From positions 186,001-250,000 of the forward strand of contig NC_045720.1 of NCBI RefSeq assembly GCF_009834535.1: 64,000 bases of DNA. Direction: 5' to 3'. Below, one piece after another: positions 23,201 through 38,033 of this stretch. The number at the start of each line of letters is the position of its first letter. Position 1 is the stretch's first letter. The notes below the pieces were generated by a model. It was not told where the DNA came from and made no database searches. It saw only the letters and a list, made by a program, of their open reading frames with translations. This DNA is from Camelus ferus. Its lineage: Eukaryota. The position numbers and the translations under genes are program-made.

Positions 23201-23946
23201 TGTTCTGTGGCCTGTGCTCTGACTCCCTCTGTGGCTGGCCCGGGGTGAATGGTCCATGTGTGCTTGGCAAGAACACCTGTTTCCTGTTGAGCGTGGGGTC
23301 CTGCCGTCACCTGAGGCCTTCGACCGAGGATCTCTGCCTGCCTTTCCTACCCCACGGCCTGAGGGAAACCTGAGGGGAGCCCAGCCAGAGGGATGGGCCA
23401 GGAGCACACCACACAACCTCCCCACACGTGGGGACGGCAGCCCCAGAAGGCCAGTGCCAGGTGGGTGCCCGGGATCTGCACCCCTCCCCTGACTGCTGAC
23501 GCCCCAAGGGCTTCGTGTGAGGACTTGAGGCTGGGGCTGCCAACTGAAGACTGGCCTTTCTCACCTTCTGATTTAACATCTGTTTTGGTTGTTGGTTTGT
23601 TGTTGTTTGTCTCGTTTCTTAACCACTCCTACCTCCTCTGCGCTGAGGGACTGCCTGTCTCTGCCGAGGGAAGTGCTGGCAGTGCCTGGGGCAGAGCTGG
23701 CCTGTACTTTGCAGACAGGGTTCCCTGGGGATCCTGGCCTTCCTGCAGATGGAGACAGGGACAGGGTGGGAGTCCCGGCATTCCTCTGTGTCCAGATCCG
23801 ACAAGAAGGGCCCCTGTGCCCAGACCTCACCCACAATAGGCGTTCAGCAGCCCCCGGCTCCTTTCCTTCTGGGATCCAGGGAAGGCTGAGCCCCACCCTG
23901 CACTCCTGCCACACTGATGCCGTCTCCTCCTCTGCCGCCCCCACAG

Positions 23947-24063
23947 CAGGATTCCTGGTCTTCAAGCCTGAGCTGATTTCCCGGCTGGAACAGGGACAGG
24001 AGCCCTGGGTCCTCGACCTGCAGGGAGCAGAGGGGAGAGAGGCAACGAGGGCCTCCCAGACAG
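23947..24063 (+). CDS. ZNF7: ZNF7 KRAB-B exon (117 bp, NAGNAG acceptor)
   Basis: ccacag|CAG GA…ACA G|gtgagg. Translates [39 protein letters not shown]. Confidence 0.9.
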
Positions 24064-24524
24064 GTGAGGCTCGGGCCTGTGGTGGGGAGGCTTCCAGGCA
24101 CAGGTGAGGAGGAGTCCGGAGCGCCCGTGCCCACGAGGGCTGCAGGTTGGAGGCTAGAGGCAGACCCCTGGGAGTGGCCACGCCTGCAGCTGGGAAACCA
24201 TGGGCTCGGCTCGGAGGTGTGGGCAGTCATGGAGGGGCTCAGGAGAGGCTGAGCTACAGAAAAGCAAGAACATAAAGCACCTGTGATTATGGCAAAAAGT
24301 TTGTTACTGAAACGCGTTGTGTTCAGTTTCTACTTTTTCTAATGCTCTTTTTTTTCAACTAATACTCTTATTACGCAAAGGTACAAACGTGTGGACCCAA
24401 GGGAGGCACTAAGCTTGGCTCTGAGTGTCTCTGAGACAGTTTCCTGCTTCTGCCAGCAGCTCCCTCCAGAGCTTCCTAGGGGCTTGAGTGATTCCAGCCT
24501 CCCAGACCAGGCTCCAGGGCTGGG

Positions 24525-24740
24525 TTAGGGTTCTGGGACTGCTATAACAAAACACCACCAACTGGAGGCTTTAAACAGCAGAGATTTTTGGCTTCTCTGT
24601 CCTAGAGGCCAGATGTCCAAAATCAAGGCCTTGGCAGGGTCGTGTCCCCTCTGAAACCTGTAAGGTAGGAGCCTTCCTGCCTCTTCCAGCTCCTGGTGTC
24701 CCTATATATTCCTTGTCTGGCGGCCACATCAGTCCTCCAT
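24525..24740 (+). mobile_element. MLT1-type MaLR LTR fragment
   Basis: gctataacaaaacaccacccaactggaggctttaaacagcagagattt…ggccagatgtccaaaatcaagg…cttccagctcctggtg, typical of MLT1. Confidence 0.7.
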
Positions 24741-25442
24741 GTGGACAGCAGGCAGGGGTAGGCGGTCCCTCCAGAAATCCACGGGAAGGTGGAGCCAGTA
24801 TGTCCACCTGGAAGCTGAGGGGCCGACCAGCAAGGGGGCATGGTCAGGTGGGAGTTGGAGTGGCTTGGTGGCAGCTGGAGAATGCAGAGTTCAGGCCTGA
24901 GGTCCAGCTTAGAACCCCACCCAGTGGACAGCCCGATGCCCAGCCATCTTGGGCTCACCCCCGTGTGCCCCTCAGCAGCTCTTGTGCCTCATTTTTCTCG
25001 GTACCTAACGTCCTTCTGTTTGTAGTGTTCAGTCCCTCTTTCTTCCTCACTCTACCTCCTCTGGAACCAGGAGCCTCTGACCTCTCAGCCTAACCCTGCC
25101 TCTCACTAACCCTGCCACCCTCTCAGGCTCACTTTGGATTTTTTTCATACTGGTTCCCTGTAGGATGACACGCCCTCCTCGTGTGGGGGTGGCTCTTTGC
25201 ACTCTGCCATGCACACAGTAGCTGAATGAATTCATAAGGTAAAACAGCATGAATGAAACCAAATTTTGAGAACTCTCAGAGGCACTGACTTGTGTCACCT
25301 TCCCACGTGGGGTGTCTCCATGCTCAGTGCGTCCTGTCCTGGTGGGGCTCAGTCCCAGGGAAGATCTGCACCCCAACCCCAGTCTTTGTCCTCTCTCTGA
25401 GCACGGGGCATGCGGAGCAGTTTTATCTCCTGCTTATTTCAG

Positions 25443-27226
<1,784 letters not shown>

Positions 27227-30200
27227 ACCTCTCACCTTTGCAAATGTGTCTAAATGTGATTATACATACAGCCTTAACTTACTTTACGTGGGATCATTTG
27301 TCCTGACGGTTCAGAATGCTGGGAACAAGCCAGACTTGCTCTCTTAGGAAAGGGAATGTCCATCCAGATTCGTACAAGCTGTGTGTTTATTGCTGGCATG
27401 CCTGACCTCACCGCCTTCAGTAAAGCCTGTGTCCCTCACATCCGGGTGCGCACGTGCCGCATCTTGAGTTCACAGTGGACGAGGAAGAGGCATGAGGAAA
27501 GCCCCGTGAGAAGTTAGCCAGAATGTCTTCCTTAAGCACTGCTCGCTCAGACTGCCCTCAGCAGCTTGTGTTAGCAGCAGTGCACAGGGTGCTAAACTCC
27601 TTTCTCCGCCTCCTTTGAGTCTCATCCCCCAGCAGAGCAGCCCAGGGGGAGGCCAGCCAGCGCAGCTGCCTTTGATGGAGCGAGACCTGCGGAGCAGCAC
27701 CTGGGCTGGGGACAGGGCCATCCGCCCTCCCCAAATCCAGGGCCTAGCTGCCCATCTGAGCAGGAGTTAAATGGGCAGCCCCTTGCATCACATAGCCTCT
27801 GCCATCCCAGCCCCACAGGAGCCTCGCGTCCGCCCAGGGTTGCCTCTCAGAGGCCAGGACGTGGATTGTTTATTGCTGCTGACCGGACTTCCTCAGAGCT
27901 CCAGCCGCCAGAGCTGGGAGGTGTGCAGGCAGACACGGGAGCCTGCACCTTTTCTCGGAGGCGGCGGTAGGTGGAGGCAACCGCTCACCAGGCGTCGGCA
28001 TGGGCGCGAGGGTCCCCCGCAGGCTTCCAGGAGCACCAGGTGTACATCAGCCGGGAAACAGCTTTTGCCGTGAACAAGACCAAGCCCCTCCATGGGGAGC
28101 CAGCGGGGTGGGGGCATCGCCTCATCTCCAGGTTTTCTCTGCCCGCACAGCCTGGAGAAACGACCTGGGTACAGGGTTCAGGGCCACGTGGCCTCCTTGG
28201 CACGCACGGTAAGAATGTGCAGGGAAGACCTCTGCTCTATCAGCTGCTCTGGTTAATCTGCCTCATGGGCTGGGACCATGCAGAGCCTCACGGGCGATCT
28301 AATTAAGGCTCCAAGCCACAGGATGAGCTGCCCTGCAGCACTGACTCCAGCCCTTCCCCGGGGTCCTGGACTCACCAGCTGAGGCTTGGGACCAGGAGTC
28401 TTATTTGGACAGGCTGTAACCCTGAGGGGCGAAGGTCACTTCAGGATCTATTGCAACACTGTTTGGGTCACTGTCACGTTGGTTTGGTTAAGCCCACGGG
28501 CAGGTCCTCAGAACACTGCAGCCTCGATCACTGTGTGTGGCGTGGCCCAAAAGCAGCCTGTGGGTTTGTATCACGTGAAACAGGTGCTGCTCCCTGTGTG
28601 CCTGGATGTGTGTGGGGGGGGTGTCTGGAGCTCTCTGGTTGTGTTGGAACAGCAGAGTTCAGGATGGTCGAGTCCACGTGAGTTTGTGTTTGGTGTGTGG
28701 GCAGGGACGCCAACTCTGAAGCGGGTCAGCCAGATTGCCAGCTGCTGCTGCTTAGCCTGGCACTAGGATGCTGGTTCCCAGGCTGCAGCACCATTTCTTG
28801 GGATGAGGACTGACCCCCAACCTGCACCTGCACCTTCGGAGGAGTTCCCTCCCTGGGTGCGAGGCACCGCGAAACAGATCAGTGTGCCCACTTGAGTAGC
28901 TGTGACCCTGTCTCCCTGGCCACCCCTGCTCCACCCAGAACTTGCGTCCAGAGGGTCAGCGCACAAGGTCCCGGGATGTCTACAGACTCTGCAGAGACTG
29001 GGGACCTCCTGTCTCCGCCATGGCTGCTGTGCTCAGCCAGGTGGTGGACAGGTGGGCACATCTGAGTGGCCGCAAGTACTTTAGGCTTATGAGCCACCCC
29101 AAAATGGGACAAGAGTCAAGGTCCTGGGTGGACCTGCCACATGCCTGCCGTCCACTGGCACCTGGCACTGGCCTGTGCTGGCAGGACCTCCTGAGGCCCT
29201 ACCCCCTCGCCACCTCCCGGCCCGTGCACCCTCAGAAGGCGGTCTGTCACTGGATGCACTGTCCCCACAAGGGAATCGCCTCCTCCTGGCCACTACCTGG
29301 TAATGACAGAGAGGAGGAGGGTTGCCTGGACCCCCTATTCTGCCCTGAGAAGGATGTTTCTCTTTCCCCTGGCAGCACCTGCGGGCCGCCCCAAAGAGGC
29401 CTTAAGTCTCCTTCAGGTCCTGGATTCTCTGCACTCACACAGCCTAAGTCTGGGACTGGCCGACTGCAGCCTGGGGGCCAAACAGTCCGCCACCTGCTTT
29501 GTGAGGCCGGGTACAGTCACCAGCTGAGGCCAGCAGTCTGGGCCGCCCTAAAGCCAGTCAGTCCTGTAAGTGCGCCCATCCAAGAAAACGGGCTTTCCCC
29601 AGCAGGGCGGCTGCTTCCGCTGCAGCCAGTGCCACAGTGTCCTCGCTTTGCTTCAAGGTCTGTTGGGAGGGCGCTCCTTATCACTCTGCCCACTTCCCAC
29701 CCATTTGCTCAAGTGAATGTCAGCATTTCAGTGAAATCTGGCTTGCCTTTGACAGACCTGAGAGCCAAGAGTGGTTTGTACGGTTTTAAGCAGGTGGGGG
29801 AGAAGATGACTGTTTTGCAACCCTTGAAAATTACACTGAAACCGGGCTTCACGTAACCAGGTAAAGGTCCCTGGGGCGCAGCTGGCCCAGGGGTTTGCGA
29901 GCTGCCTCTGGCAACAGGCCACGTCACCACCCTGGCTGGCCCTGCCTCCTTAACTTGGGTCAAAATTTCATGCCTCTAGGCTTTGAGGGATTCTTTTCCC
30001 TCTCAGTTCTCAGTGTGGTTTGTGCATTGAAATGTCCCAGTACAGCCAAGAATCCAATGGAAGTAAAGCTGAAGTCCTGCACTCCAGTCTGGAATATCGG
30101 CTGCACTAGTATGCCGGGGCAGGGGATGGCCCTTCCTTAGCTCATCTGTGTGAAGGCGCCCGGTATTTGTGTGCCAGTTGGTGAGCTGTGAATTCAAGCC

Positions 30201-30897
30201 CTGCACGGGTTTAAGATCCCGGCACACACGTGGGGCGTGCTGGTCCCTCTGCAGAGGGAGAGGAGAGGGCTCCGTGCCAGGTGGGGCACGTTCTGGAATA
30301 TTCTGTTCTACTTGGAAGCTATATTTCCCAATTTGGGCTTCAGTAAATGCAACAATAAACTCCTTTTAAGAATTTCCTGAATTCTTTCAGAGTAGATTTT
30401 TAAATACTTTAGCTTTCTCTTTTGGAGACAATAAATTAAACCCATAATTTTAACCTGAAGTTGCTTTTTATCTCATTACCAGATTAAGCTTTGACTTATG
30501 ACATTTTGGGGTTCCTGGAAGCTTCACAAACACAGTGGTGGTGGGGTGTGTGCAGAGCCCAGGTGATCTTTTACATCTTTATGTCCCCAGTGCATGTGGC
30601 TTGCACTCAGCCTGGAAAATGTTTGTTGAATGGGTGAATGATGCGTTGGGGCTTTAGAGCCCCACAGAAGAGAGAGTCTTCCAGCATCAAGAATTTCCAC
30701 AGAGATCTAAATAAAGTCAATAAAACGGGAGTGGTTTTCCAGGAGCAAGGTCTTACTCAGGCCTGGGACGAAGGTGGGTGGGGCTGGCCCCTCGCCTCAA
30801 GTCCAGGTCCAGGGTGGAGGCTGACCACAGATGAAGGTGGACAGTCCCTCTACAGCCTGGGGGCACCTTGGCCACCCCAGCCTGGTGAGAGCCCTGC

Positions 30898-31153
30898 TGA
30901 GGGGTATGCAGCAGTTACAGCCACCGCCCACCCGCCACCTGGTTTTGTACGGCCCTGGTATTTAAATGGTTGAAACATAATTTTGTAACATGAAATTAAA
31001 ACTTCAATGTCCATGAAACCTTTGTTGAAACAATGTGCCCATTTACTTAGATGTTGTCTCTGGCTGTGTTTGTGCAATGACAGCTGACAATCCTTAACGA
31101 CCTGAAAAGCTAAACTACTCTGGCCCTTCAGAGAAAAGTTCACCAACCCCCGA
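30898..31153 (+). mobile_element. MER58B-like hAT-Charlie element
   Basis: cacctggttttgtacggccc…tttaaatggttgaaa…ctggcccttcagagaaaagttcaccaacccc. Confidence 0.6.
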
Positions 31154-31193
31154 GTTGAGGATGTAGGTGAGCAGCACCCCCGCTGGCCTGCCA

Positions 31194-31581
31194 GTCTGTG
31201 CCCCATGGCTGGAGAGATACCCTCCAGTTGGATGTTGTCTGTTGCCCCTGCTCCCATGGTCAGGCCAGAGCCGTGGGTGCGGCCTTCACCCTCTCTGTCC
31301 AGCCCTGCCTCGGGAGCCAGCAGTCCCAGGAACATCCTGCTCCCTACCTTCTGTGTCTCACCAGCTGTACTGGATGTCTTGTCACTGTCTGTGCCCCATG
31401 GCTGGAGAGATACCCTCCAGTTGGATGTTGTCTGTTGCCCCTGCTCCCATGGTCAGGCCAGAGCCGTGGGTGCGGCCTTCACCCTCTCTGTCCAGCCCTG
31501 CCTCGGGAGCCAGCAGTCCCAGGAACATCCTGCTCCCTACCTTCTGTGTCTCACCAGCTGTACTGGATGTCTTGTCACTGT
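31194..31581. repeat. Perfect tandem duplication, 193-bp unit x2
   Basis: 31194-31386 and 31387-31579 read base-for-base identical, with a 2-bp GT overhang to 31581. Confidence 0.92.
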
Positions 31582-32939
31582 GGCCTCCTTGTCCCTCAAG
31601 ACAAAAGCACAGGGGCTCCAACACAAGGACAACCCAGAATTTGCAACATCAGACGTCAGGAACTCAGCCAAGGTCCCCGTACAAGTCTGTGCTCCCCTCT
31701 CCTGGCCGCAGGGGCTCTGCTAAACAGTTGGCAGGGCCACCAAGTCCAGTCTCCCAAGATGGAGAATGATGGAGCGTGGTGTTCTGACCCTGCAGTTCCT
31801 GACCAGTGTCCTGAAAAACCCAGACAGGGCCTCCGGGGGCAGAGGGGGAGCAGGGGAGCAACCATCCCGCCCTGACCCCTACTCACAGCAAGGGGCCTCC
31901 CAGAGTCTGCTGACCATCATCAGACCTCCCTCCAGAGGCGCAAGGAGCGGACTAGCAGGGAGGACACCCCAACGTAGCGGTGGAGACAGACAGCCAGAAG
32001 CTCTGGCAAGGCGCAGGAGGACAAGGGATCTCTGTGGCCTGGTGGGCAGGAGGGCGTGCAAACCTGGTGCTGACTGTCTGAGACTCAGCCAGCCCGTCTA
32101 GAAGCAGAAGAGCGCCCCCACCTCCGAGGACAGCCGAGAGGGTGAGGGGGCGTCCAAGCGGCAGCTCCGGCCTCCTCCCAGGGGTCCCTGGGGGAGGGGT
32201 CTGTGCGTGTCTCACGGATGCCAGCACCAGGGCCACCTGGGAGGTGCTGCTCCACTGCTGCCAGGTGCGGCTCGGCACCACAGAGTCTCAGGCGTTCGCT
32301 GGACTCATCCTGCGCAACAGAAGCCCCCAGGGTATGGCTTTCAACCCGGAATGTGTGTCCTTGGGCCAACAGCTGCTCAGGGTATATGAGGCCGCGTCGA
32401 GAGTCTCTGGAAGCCCCCAGGGACACTCACTGCCTCTCCTGCCACTCTCCGGGTTCACACGCCCACAAAGTCAGCAGATGCAGGCCAGGTGGGGAGGGAA
32501 GGCTCACGAACAGAACATCTGCCCCCCACATCAGCTGTGTGACGCTGGGCAAGACACAAACCTCTGCGCTTCCTCACCTGCGAAGTGGGGAGACCTGACG
32601 TGCTAACACGCGTGGTGGGGCTTAGACCTGCACCTGTAAACTTCCCTGCTCTCGGCTGCGTTGACAGGATCTGGCCTGCAGGGGGTGCCCGAGGACGTAC
32701 TTTGGGTCAGTTTAGGAATAAGATCAAGGGCTTTAAAATACACATTTTTTTGCCTTTTAAACGCTATGCTAAGTGAAAGAAACCAACACAAAAGGCTACA
32801 CCTTGTATGATTCAATGTAAAAAATGTTCACGTTCTGCCTCCTCTGTTCCTACCTCCAGTTTCAATATATAAAATCCTTTTACCATTAACATCGTGATTT
32901 TTTAATGGCAAAAAAAAGGGGGGAGGGGGCAGAAGCTTC

Positions 32940-33255
32940 TATGGAACTGAATGTTCGTGTGCCCCCCCCCCCCGAGTTCATGTGTTGAAACTAACTCCCA
33001 ACGTGACTGTGACTGCGTTAGGAGGCTGAGCCTCTGGGAGCTGCTTAGGTCATGAGGGTTGCCAACGCCTGGTAAGAGGCCCCACAGAGCTCCCTCACCC
33101 CCTCCTCTATGAGGGGACACAGCGGGAAATCTGCAGCCAGGAAGAGGCCCGACCTGCTGGGTCCCTGATCTGGGATGTCCGGCCTCACAGTGAGAAGTAA
33201 TCGTCTGCTGTTCTACAGGCTCCCCAGTGTGCAGTGTTTTGTTTGTTAAGCCCAA
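32940..33255 (+). mobile_element. MLT1A-type MaLR LTR
   Basis: gaactgaatgttcgtgtgcccc…gttcatgtgttgaaac…ttaggtcatgaggg…cagccaggaagaggccc…cagtgtgcagtgttttg. Confidence 0.7.
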
Positions 33256-34244
33256 GAGAAACACCCACCAAGGACGCATGTTTTGCAGCCATTAGACACA
33301 ACCGACCGTCGTGTTCAGGAAGAGGTGAAGAAAGAGCTGTTAACACACAGACGCGGCCTAAGTATGCCATCTTGTCAAGGTGGTTCCATGGATGTCTATG
33401 GGCAAAGGGGCTTTTCAATACTTTTTTAAAAAGTTTGTTTGTTTGCTTGTTTTTACTTTTTGGGTTTTTCCAAATGTATCACGAGTACATATTCCCTAAA
33501 CATGCCTACAGGTCGAGAAAGAACTACACACCCAGAAAGCCCCCGTCACTGCTTGGGGCAGACGTGGTGCTCAGCTCACCTGTACACGCCCTCTGGGGGC
33601 AGCAGCGGCTGGCACCGCCCAGCCCCGCTCAGCCCCACTCCTGTCCTCAGGGAAGATGGGCCCAAGGACGCCAGCTGACCCTGAAGGAGACACAGGGGGT
33701 CTGCACCCCTTGGCTGAGCCCACTGAGGGTTCTACCTGGGGCCTGACCTCCACAACCCCCGCCCCAAGTGGGCGACAGTCCCCACCAAGGTCCTCAGCCT
33801 CTTCCTCCCGGGCCCTCAGCCCATACCTAACTTTCCATGAGACTATGGGCGTGTTCAGTAAAGAGCACCAAGCAAACACTGCTGCCCTTGACAGTCCTGG
33901 CACAAACCAGGGGCAGGAGAGGGCAATGCAGAAGGGAGGGGGTTCCAACACAGATGTGGCCAGATGCCAGGCGGGCACCCAGCTCATGAGCTTTTTTCAG
34001 AAGAAGTTCCTGCCTGCCACTTGGGCCTATTAATCCTACCAGATTTGTGACCTGGTTTCCCAGCAAAACAGACCACATAGGCAGGACCACCACCAGAGCA
34101 AAGACAGCCCAACAGCAAACAGCTGGCTAGAGACTAGAACCGCTCCCCCCAAGGTCTCTACCTAGGGTGCGGTTATGCTGGCGCATGGGGACCCTGGAGG
34201 CCTCAGGAGAGGCAAGTGCTACTGTCTCCCCACAGACTCCAACT

Positions 34245-34592
34245 GCTGCGGACTGAACTGTCCCCAACCCTCTCATGTTGAAGCCCTGGTCTGCAGTATG
34301 ACTGTATTTAAAGACGGGCCCTTGAGGGAGGTGATTATGGTTAGATGAGGATGTAAGGGTGGGGCCCTGAGCCAACAGAATGGGTGCCCTCTCCCTGCCA
34401 CACATGATCGCAGACACACGCGCGGGCACTGAGGCATGTCTGCAGGCCAGGAGAGAGGCCTCACCAGGACCTGACTGTGCTGGCACCCTGATCTCAGACA
34501 TCCAGCCTCCAGAACCACGAGGAAGTAGATTTCTGTGTTTACGCCACTCAGACTATGGTATTTTGTTACAGCAGTTGGAGCTGCCTGAGACT
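34245..34592 (+). mobile_element. MLT1B/A-type MaLR LTR
   Basis: ggactgaactgtcccc…gctggcaccctgatctcagacatccagcctccagaacc…ctatggtattttgttacagcag. Confidence 0.75.
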
Positions 34593-34971
34593 CCACCCTA
34601 GAGGCACCCAGGAGAGGCCCCTCTCCCCTCTCTGCTGCTACTGCCAGCTCCACACTGGCAACAGCCTCTCCATGACTCCCAGTCCCCGCCCTGGTGCCCT
34701 ACACCCTGCTATAAACACAGCATCCAATATGATCCTTTAAAAACAATTGTCACATCACATTCATTTCTCAGAATTGAGCCACAGTTCCCACAGAGGCCCT
34801 GGGGGCCTGCCCTGTGCCCTGCCCTCCCCTCCTCACTGCTGGGGCACCACAGGTGTTCCCTCGGCCCAGCCCCCGGTCCTCAGGCCCTCTGCTCCCTCAC
34901 TTCCTTCAGGTCTTTGCTCAGACACCACATCCTCAAGGAGGCCCGCCCCACAACCCATCTTAAAATGACAG

Positions 34972-36764
34972 ACCATATCCCATGTTCTTGGACTAGAAGA
35001 ATTAATATTGTTAAAATGGCCATACTGCCTAAAGCAATCTACAGATCTAATGCAATCCCTATCAAATTACCCAGGACATTTTTCACAGGATTAGAACAAA
35101 TAATCCTAAAATTTATATGGAACCATAGAAGACCCAGAACTGCCAAAGCATTACTGAAGAAAAAGAATGAAGCTGGAGGAATAACCCTCCCAGACTTCAG
35201 ACAATACTACAGAGCTACAGTAATCAAAACAGCATGATATTGGTCCAAAAAGAGCCATATGGATCAATGGAGCAGAGTAGAGAGCCCAGAAATAAACCCA
35301 CAAACTTTTGGCCAATTAATCTTTGACAAAGGAGGCAAGCATATACAACAGAAAAGAGACAGTCTCTTCAGCAAATGGTGTTGGGAAACTGGACAGCTGC
35401 ATGTAAATCAATGAAGTTAGAACACTCCCTCACACCACACACAAAAATAAACTCAAAATGGCTTAAAGACTTAATCATAAGACAAGACACTATAAACCTC
35501 TTAGAAGAAAACAAAAGCAAAACATTCTCTGACATAAATCTTAGCAATGTTCTCCTAGGGCAGTCTACNNNNNNNNNNNNNNNNNNNNNNNNNNNNNNNN
35601 NNNNNNNNNNNNNNNNNNNNNNNNNNNNNNNNNNNNNNNNNNNNNNNNNNNNNNNNNNNNNNNNNNNNNNNNNNNNNNNNNNNNNNNNNNNNNNNNNNNN
35701 NNNNNNNNNNNNNNNCTTAATTTCCATAATATATAAACAGCTCATACAACTCTTAATAATAAAAAAAACAAACAATCCAATCCAAAAGTGGGCAGAAGAC
35801 CCAAACAAGCAATTCTCCAATGAAGACATACAAATGGCCAATAGGCACATTAAAAACTGCTCATCATCACTAAATATCAGAGAAATACAAATCAAAACTA
35901 CAATGAGGTATTACCTCCTACTAGTCAGAATGGCCAGCATTCAAAAGTCCACAAANNNNNNNNNNNNNNNNNNNNNNNNNNNNNNNNNNNNNNNNNNNNN
36001 NNNNNNNNNNNNNNNNNNNNNNNNNNNNNNNNNNNNNNNNNNNNNNNNNNNNNNNNNNNNNNNNNNNNNNNNNNNNNNNNNNNNNNNNNNNNNNNNNNNN
36101 NNNNNNNNNNNNNNNNNNNNNNNAGACTTAATTCAAAAAGATAGANNNNNNNNNNNNNNNNNNNNNNNNNNNNNNNNNNNNNNNNNNNNNNNNNNNNNNN
36201 NNNNNNNNNNNNNNNNNNNNNNNNNNNNNNNNNNNNNNNNNNNNNNNNNNNNNNNNNNNNNNNNNNNNNNNNNNNNNNNNNNNNNNNNNNNNNNNNNNNN
36301 NNNNNNNNNNNNNNNNNNNNNNNNNNNNNNNNNNNNNNNNNNNNNNNNNNNNNNNNNNNNNNNNNNNNNNNNNAAAATACCATATGATATCACTCATATG
36401 TGGAATCTAAACAAACAAACAAAAAGACAAACGAACTTATTCACAAAACAGAAAGACTCACAGACACAGAAAACAAACTTACGGTTACCGGGGTGGAAGA
36501 GGGTAGGAAGGGATAAATTGGGAGTTCCAGAGGTGCAGATACTAAGTAGCACACACAAAATACATAAACAACAAGTTTATACTGTATAGCACAAATAATC
36601 ATATTCATTATCTTACAGTAACTTATGGTGAAAAAGGATATGAAAACGAATATATGTATGTTCATGTATGACTGAACCATTGTGCTGTACGCTAGAAACT
36701 GACACAACACTGTAAACTGACTATACTTCAATAAAAATATACGTAAAACAAAACAAAACAAAAC
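34972..36764 (+). mobile_element. 5'-truncated L1 (ORF2 C-terminal part, 3' UTR and tail), about 1.8 kb
   Basis: ORF2 text [34 protein letters not shown]… with a premature TGA at 35235-35237. 3' end TGTAAACTGACTATACTTCAATAAAAA with an (AAAAC)n tail. Probable TSD AAAATGACAG / AGAACGACAG. Confidence 0.9.
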
Positions 36765-37358
36765 AGAACGACAGCCCAGCCCTCCCACAGCCCTGCCTCC
36801 CATCTAGGGAGGCTACTCATCTCCGCGTCACTCGTCACCCTCTAACAAGCATGCCAGCTGTTTTTTATTATGCATTATTATAATGTTCCCCCTCCCCACT
36901 AGAATGTTGGCTTCTTAAGGAGGAGGGTTTCAGACAGGGATTTCAGACAGAGGGTGAAATGTTCACTGAAACACACAGTTCACAAAAGCAAATGAGCAAG
37001 AGCTAAGATGCTACATGGGGCCAGGCAACCTCCGTGTCCTTACAAAGGCTTTGGCCTGGACCCCAGACTGAGGCCAGAGCACAAGACCCGGCCACACTGG
37101 AGTAGTGGGTGCCCTTACCCAGCAAGAGGACCGACTGATAGCTGGAGAGGGGGCCTGCAGTTCAACGCCTAACCAGTAAGACATGTTTTTTTTATAGTTA
37201 CTTTACTTCCAAAAAAGGCGGAAAGACATAGCTGCCTTCACTTAGAGAATGCCACTCAAACACTGTCCCTGGAGTGTCTCCTAGGAAGGGTGGGCTTTGC
37301 TCCGGAGACACCTGTCAGCCAGCTGTCCCGGGGTGGCTGGAAAGGGGCTGGCCAGAGG

Positions 37359-38033
37359 TCAGTCCTGCAGTCTGCGCTCGCACCTCTTCTCTAGGTCAGC
37401 CATCTCCTTCAGGACAAGGGCAACGCCAAACCGCAGCTCCTGGAACTTGGCTGTGGGGACCTCGAAGCGGTGCGCTGACCCATCCGAGAGCTCTAGCTGC
37501 ATCAGGACGCTGGGCTGCAGGGAGCGGGCCAGGGCGCTGGTGGAGATCGCCACGTCCACCCTCCACCGGAAGTCAGCAACGTGGGGCAACCAGGCCCCCT
37601 GCCGCCTGGCCACAGAGTCAAGGAGAGGCCGCTGGCTCCCAAACACCACACTGGCCAAGTCCACAGCCAGGTCTTGCGGGATGCAGAGCTCCTGGAGCTG
37701 CTTCTTGAAGGCTTCGGGCTTCAGGCTGGCTGGGGGCAGCCGGAGGGCCTGCTGGACCAGGGTGTGTGTGCCAGCGATCAGCGCTCCCAGCCGCTTCTCG
37801 GATAGTTCTGCACCAGCCCCCAGGCGCCACATAGCCTCGCGGCAGTCTTCTCCCTGCAGGCTGCTAACCACCAGCTTCAGCAACTTTCTGAATGTGCCCC
37901 TGTCCAGGTCCCCCAGGAGCCGGGGCATTGCTGCCACCTCTGGGGGCAGCTGAGCCCCCAGGAAACTCACCCGGCCACTGTGACTGTCACCAGGGTGATG
38001 CGGGTATGGAGCCGCAGGACCCACCGCAGACAT
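37359..38033 (-). CDS. COMMD5: COMM domain-containing protein 5 (HCaRG), 224 aa, single coding exon
   Basis: MSAVG…HHPGDSHSGRVSFLGAQLPPEV…LPHVADFRWRVDVAISTSALARSLQPSVLMQL…EKRCERRLQD. The acceptor cccccttcag| is at 38090/38089 and a variant PAS AGTAAA at 37207-37202. Confidence 0.97.
   Translation of the reverse strand: MSAVGPAAPYPHHPGDSHSGRVSFLGAQLPPEVAAMPRLLGDLDRGTFRKLLKLVVSSLQGEDCREAMWRLGAGAELSEKRLGALIAGTHTLVQQALRLPPASLKPEAFKKQLQELCIPQDLAVDLASVVFGSQRPLLDSVARRQGAWLPHVADFRWRVDVAISTSALARSLQPSVLMQLELSDGSAHRFEVPTAKFQELRFGVALVLKEMADLEKRCERRLQD

Noticed and set aside
28942-29856. 304-aa intergenic ORF between ZNF7 and COMMD5
   Set aside because: TTG start, no recognisable domain and no clear exon signals. 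GC-rich DNA is stop-poor. A BLASTP hit or Ribo-seq signal would be needed.
35375-36589. 404-aa ORF as a cellular gene
   Set aside because: It is the C-terminal part of L1 ORF2 read through N-masks into the 3' UTR of a 5'-truncated, stop-containing copy.
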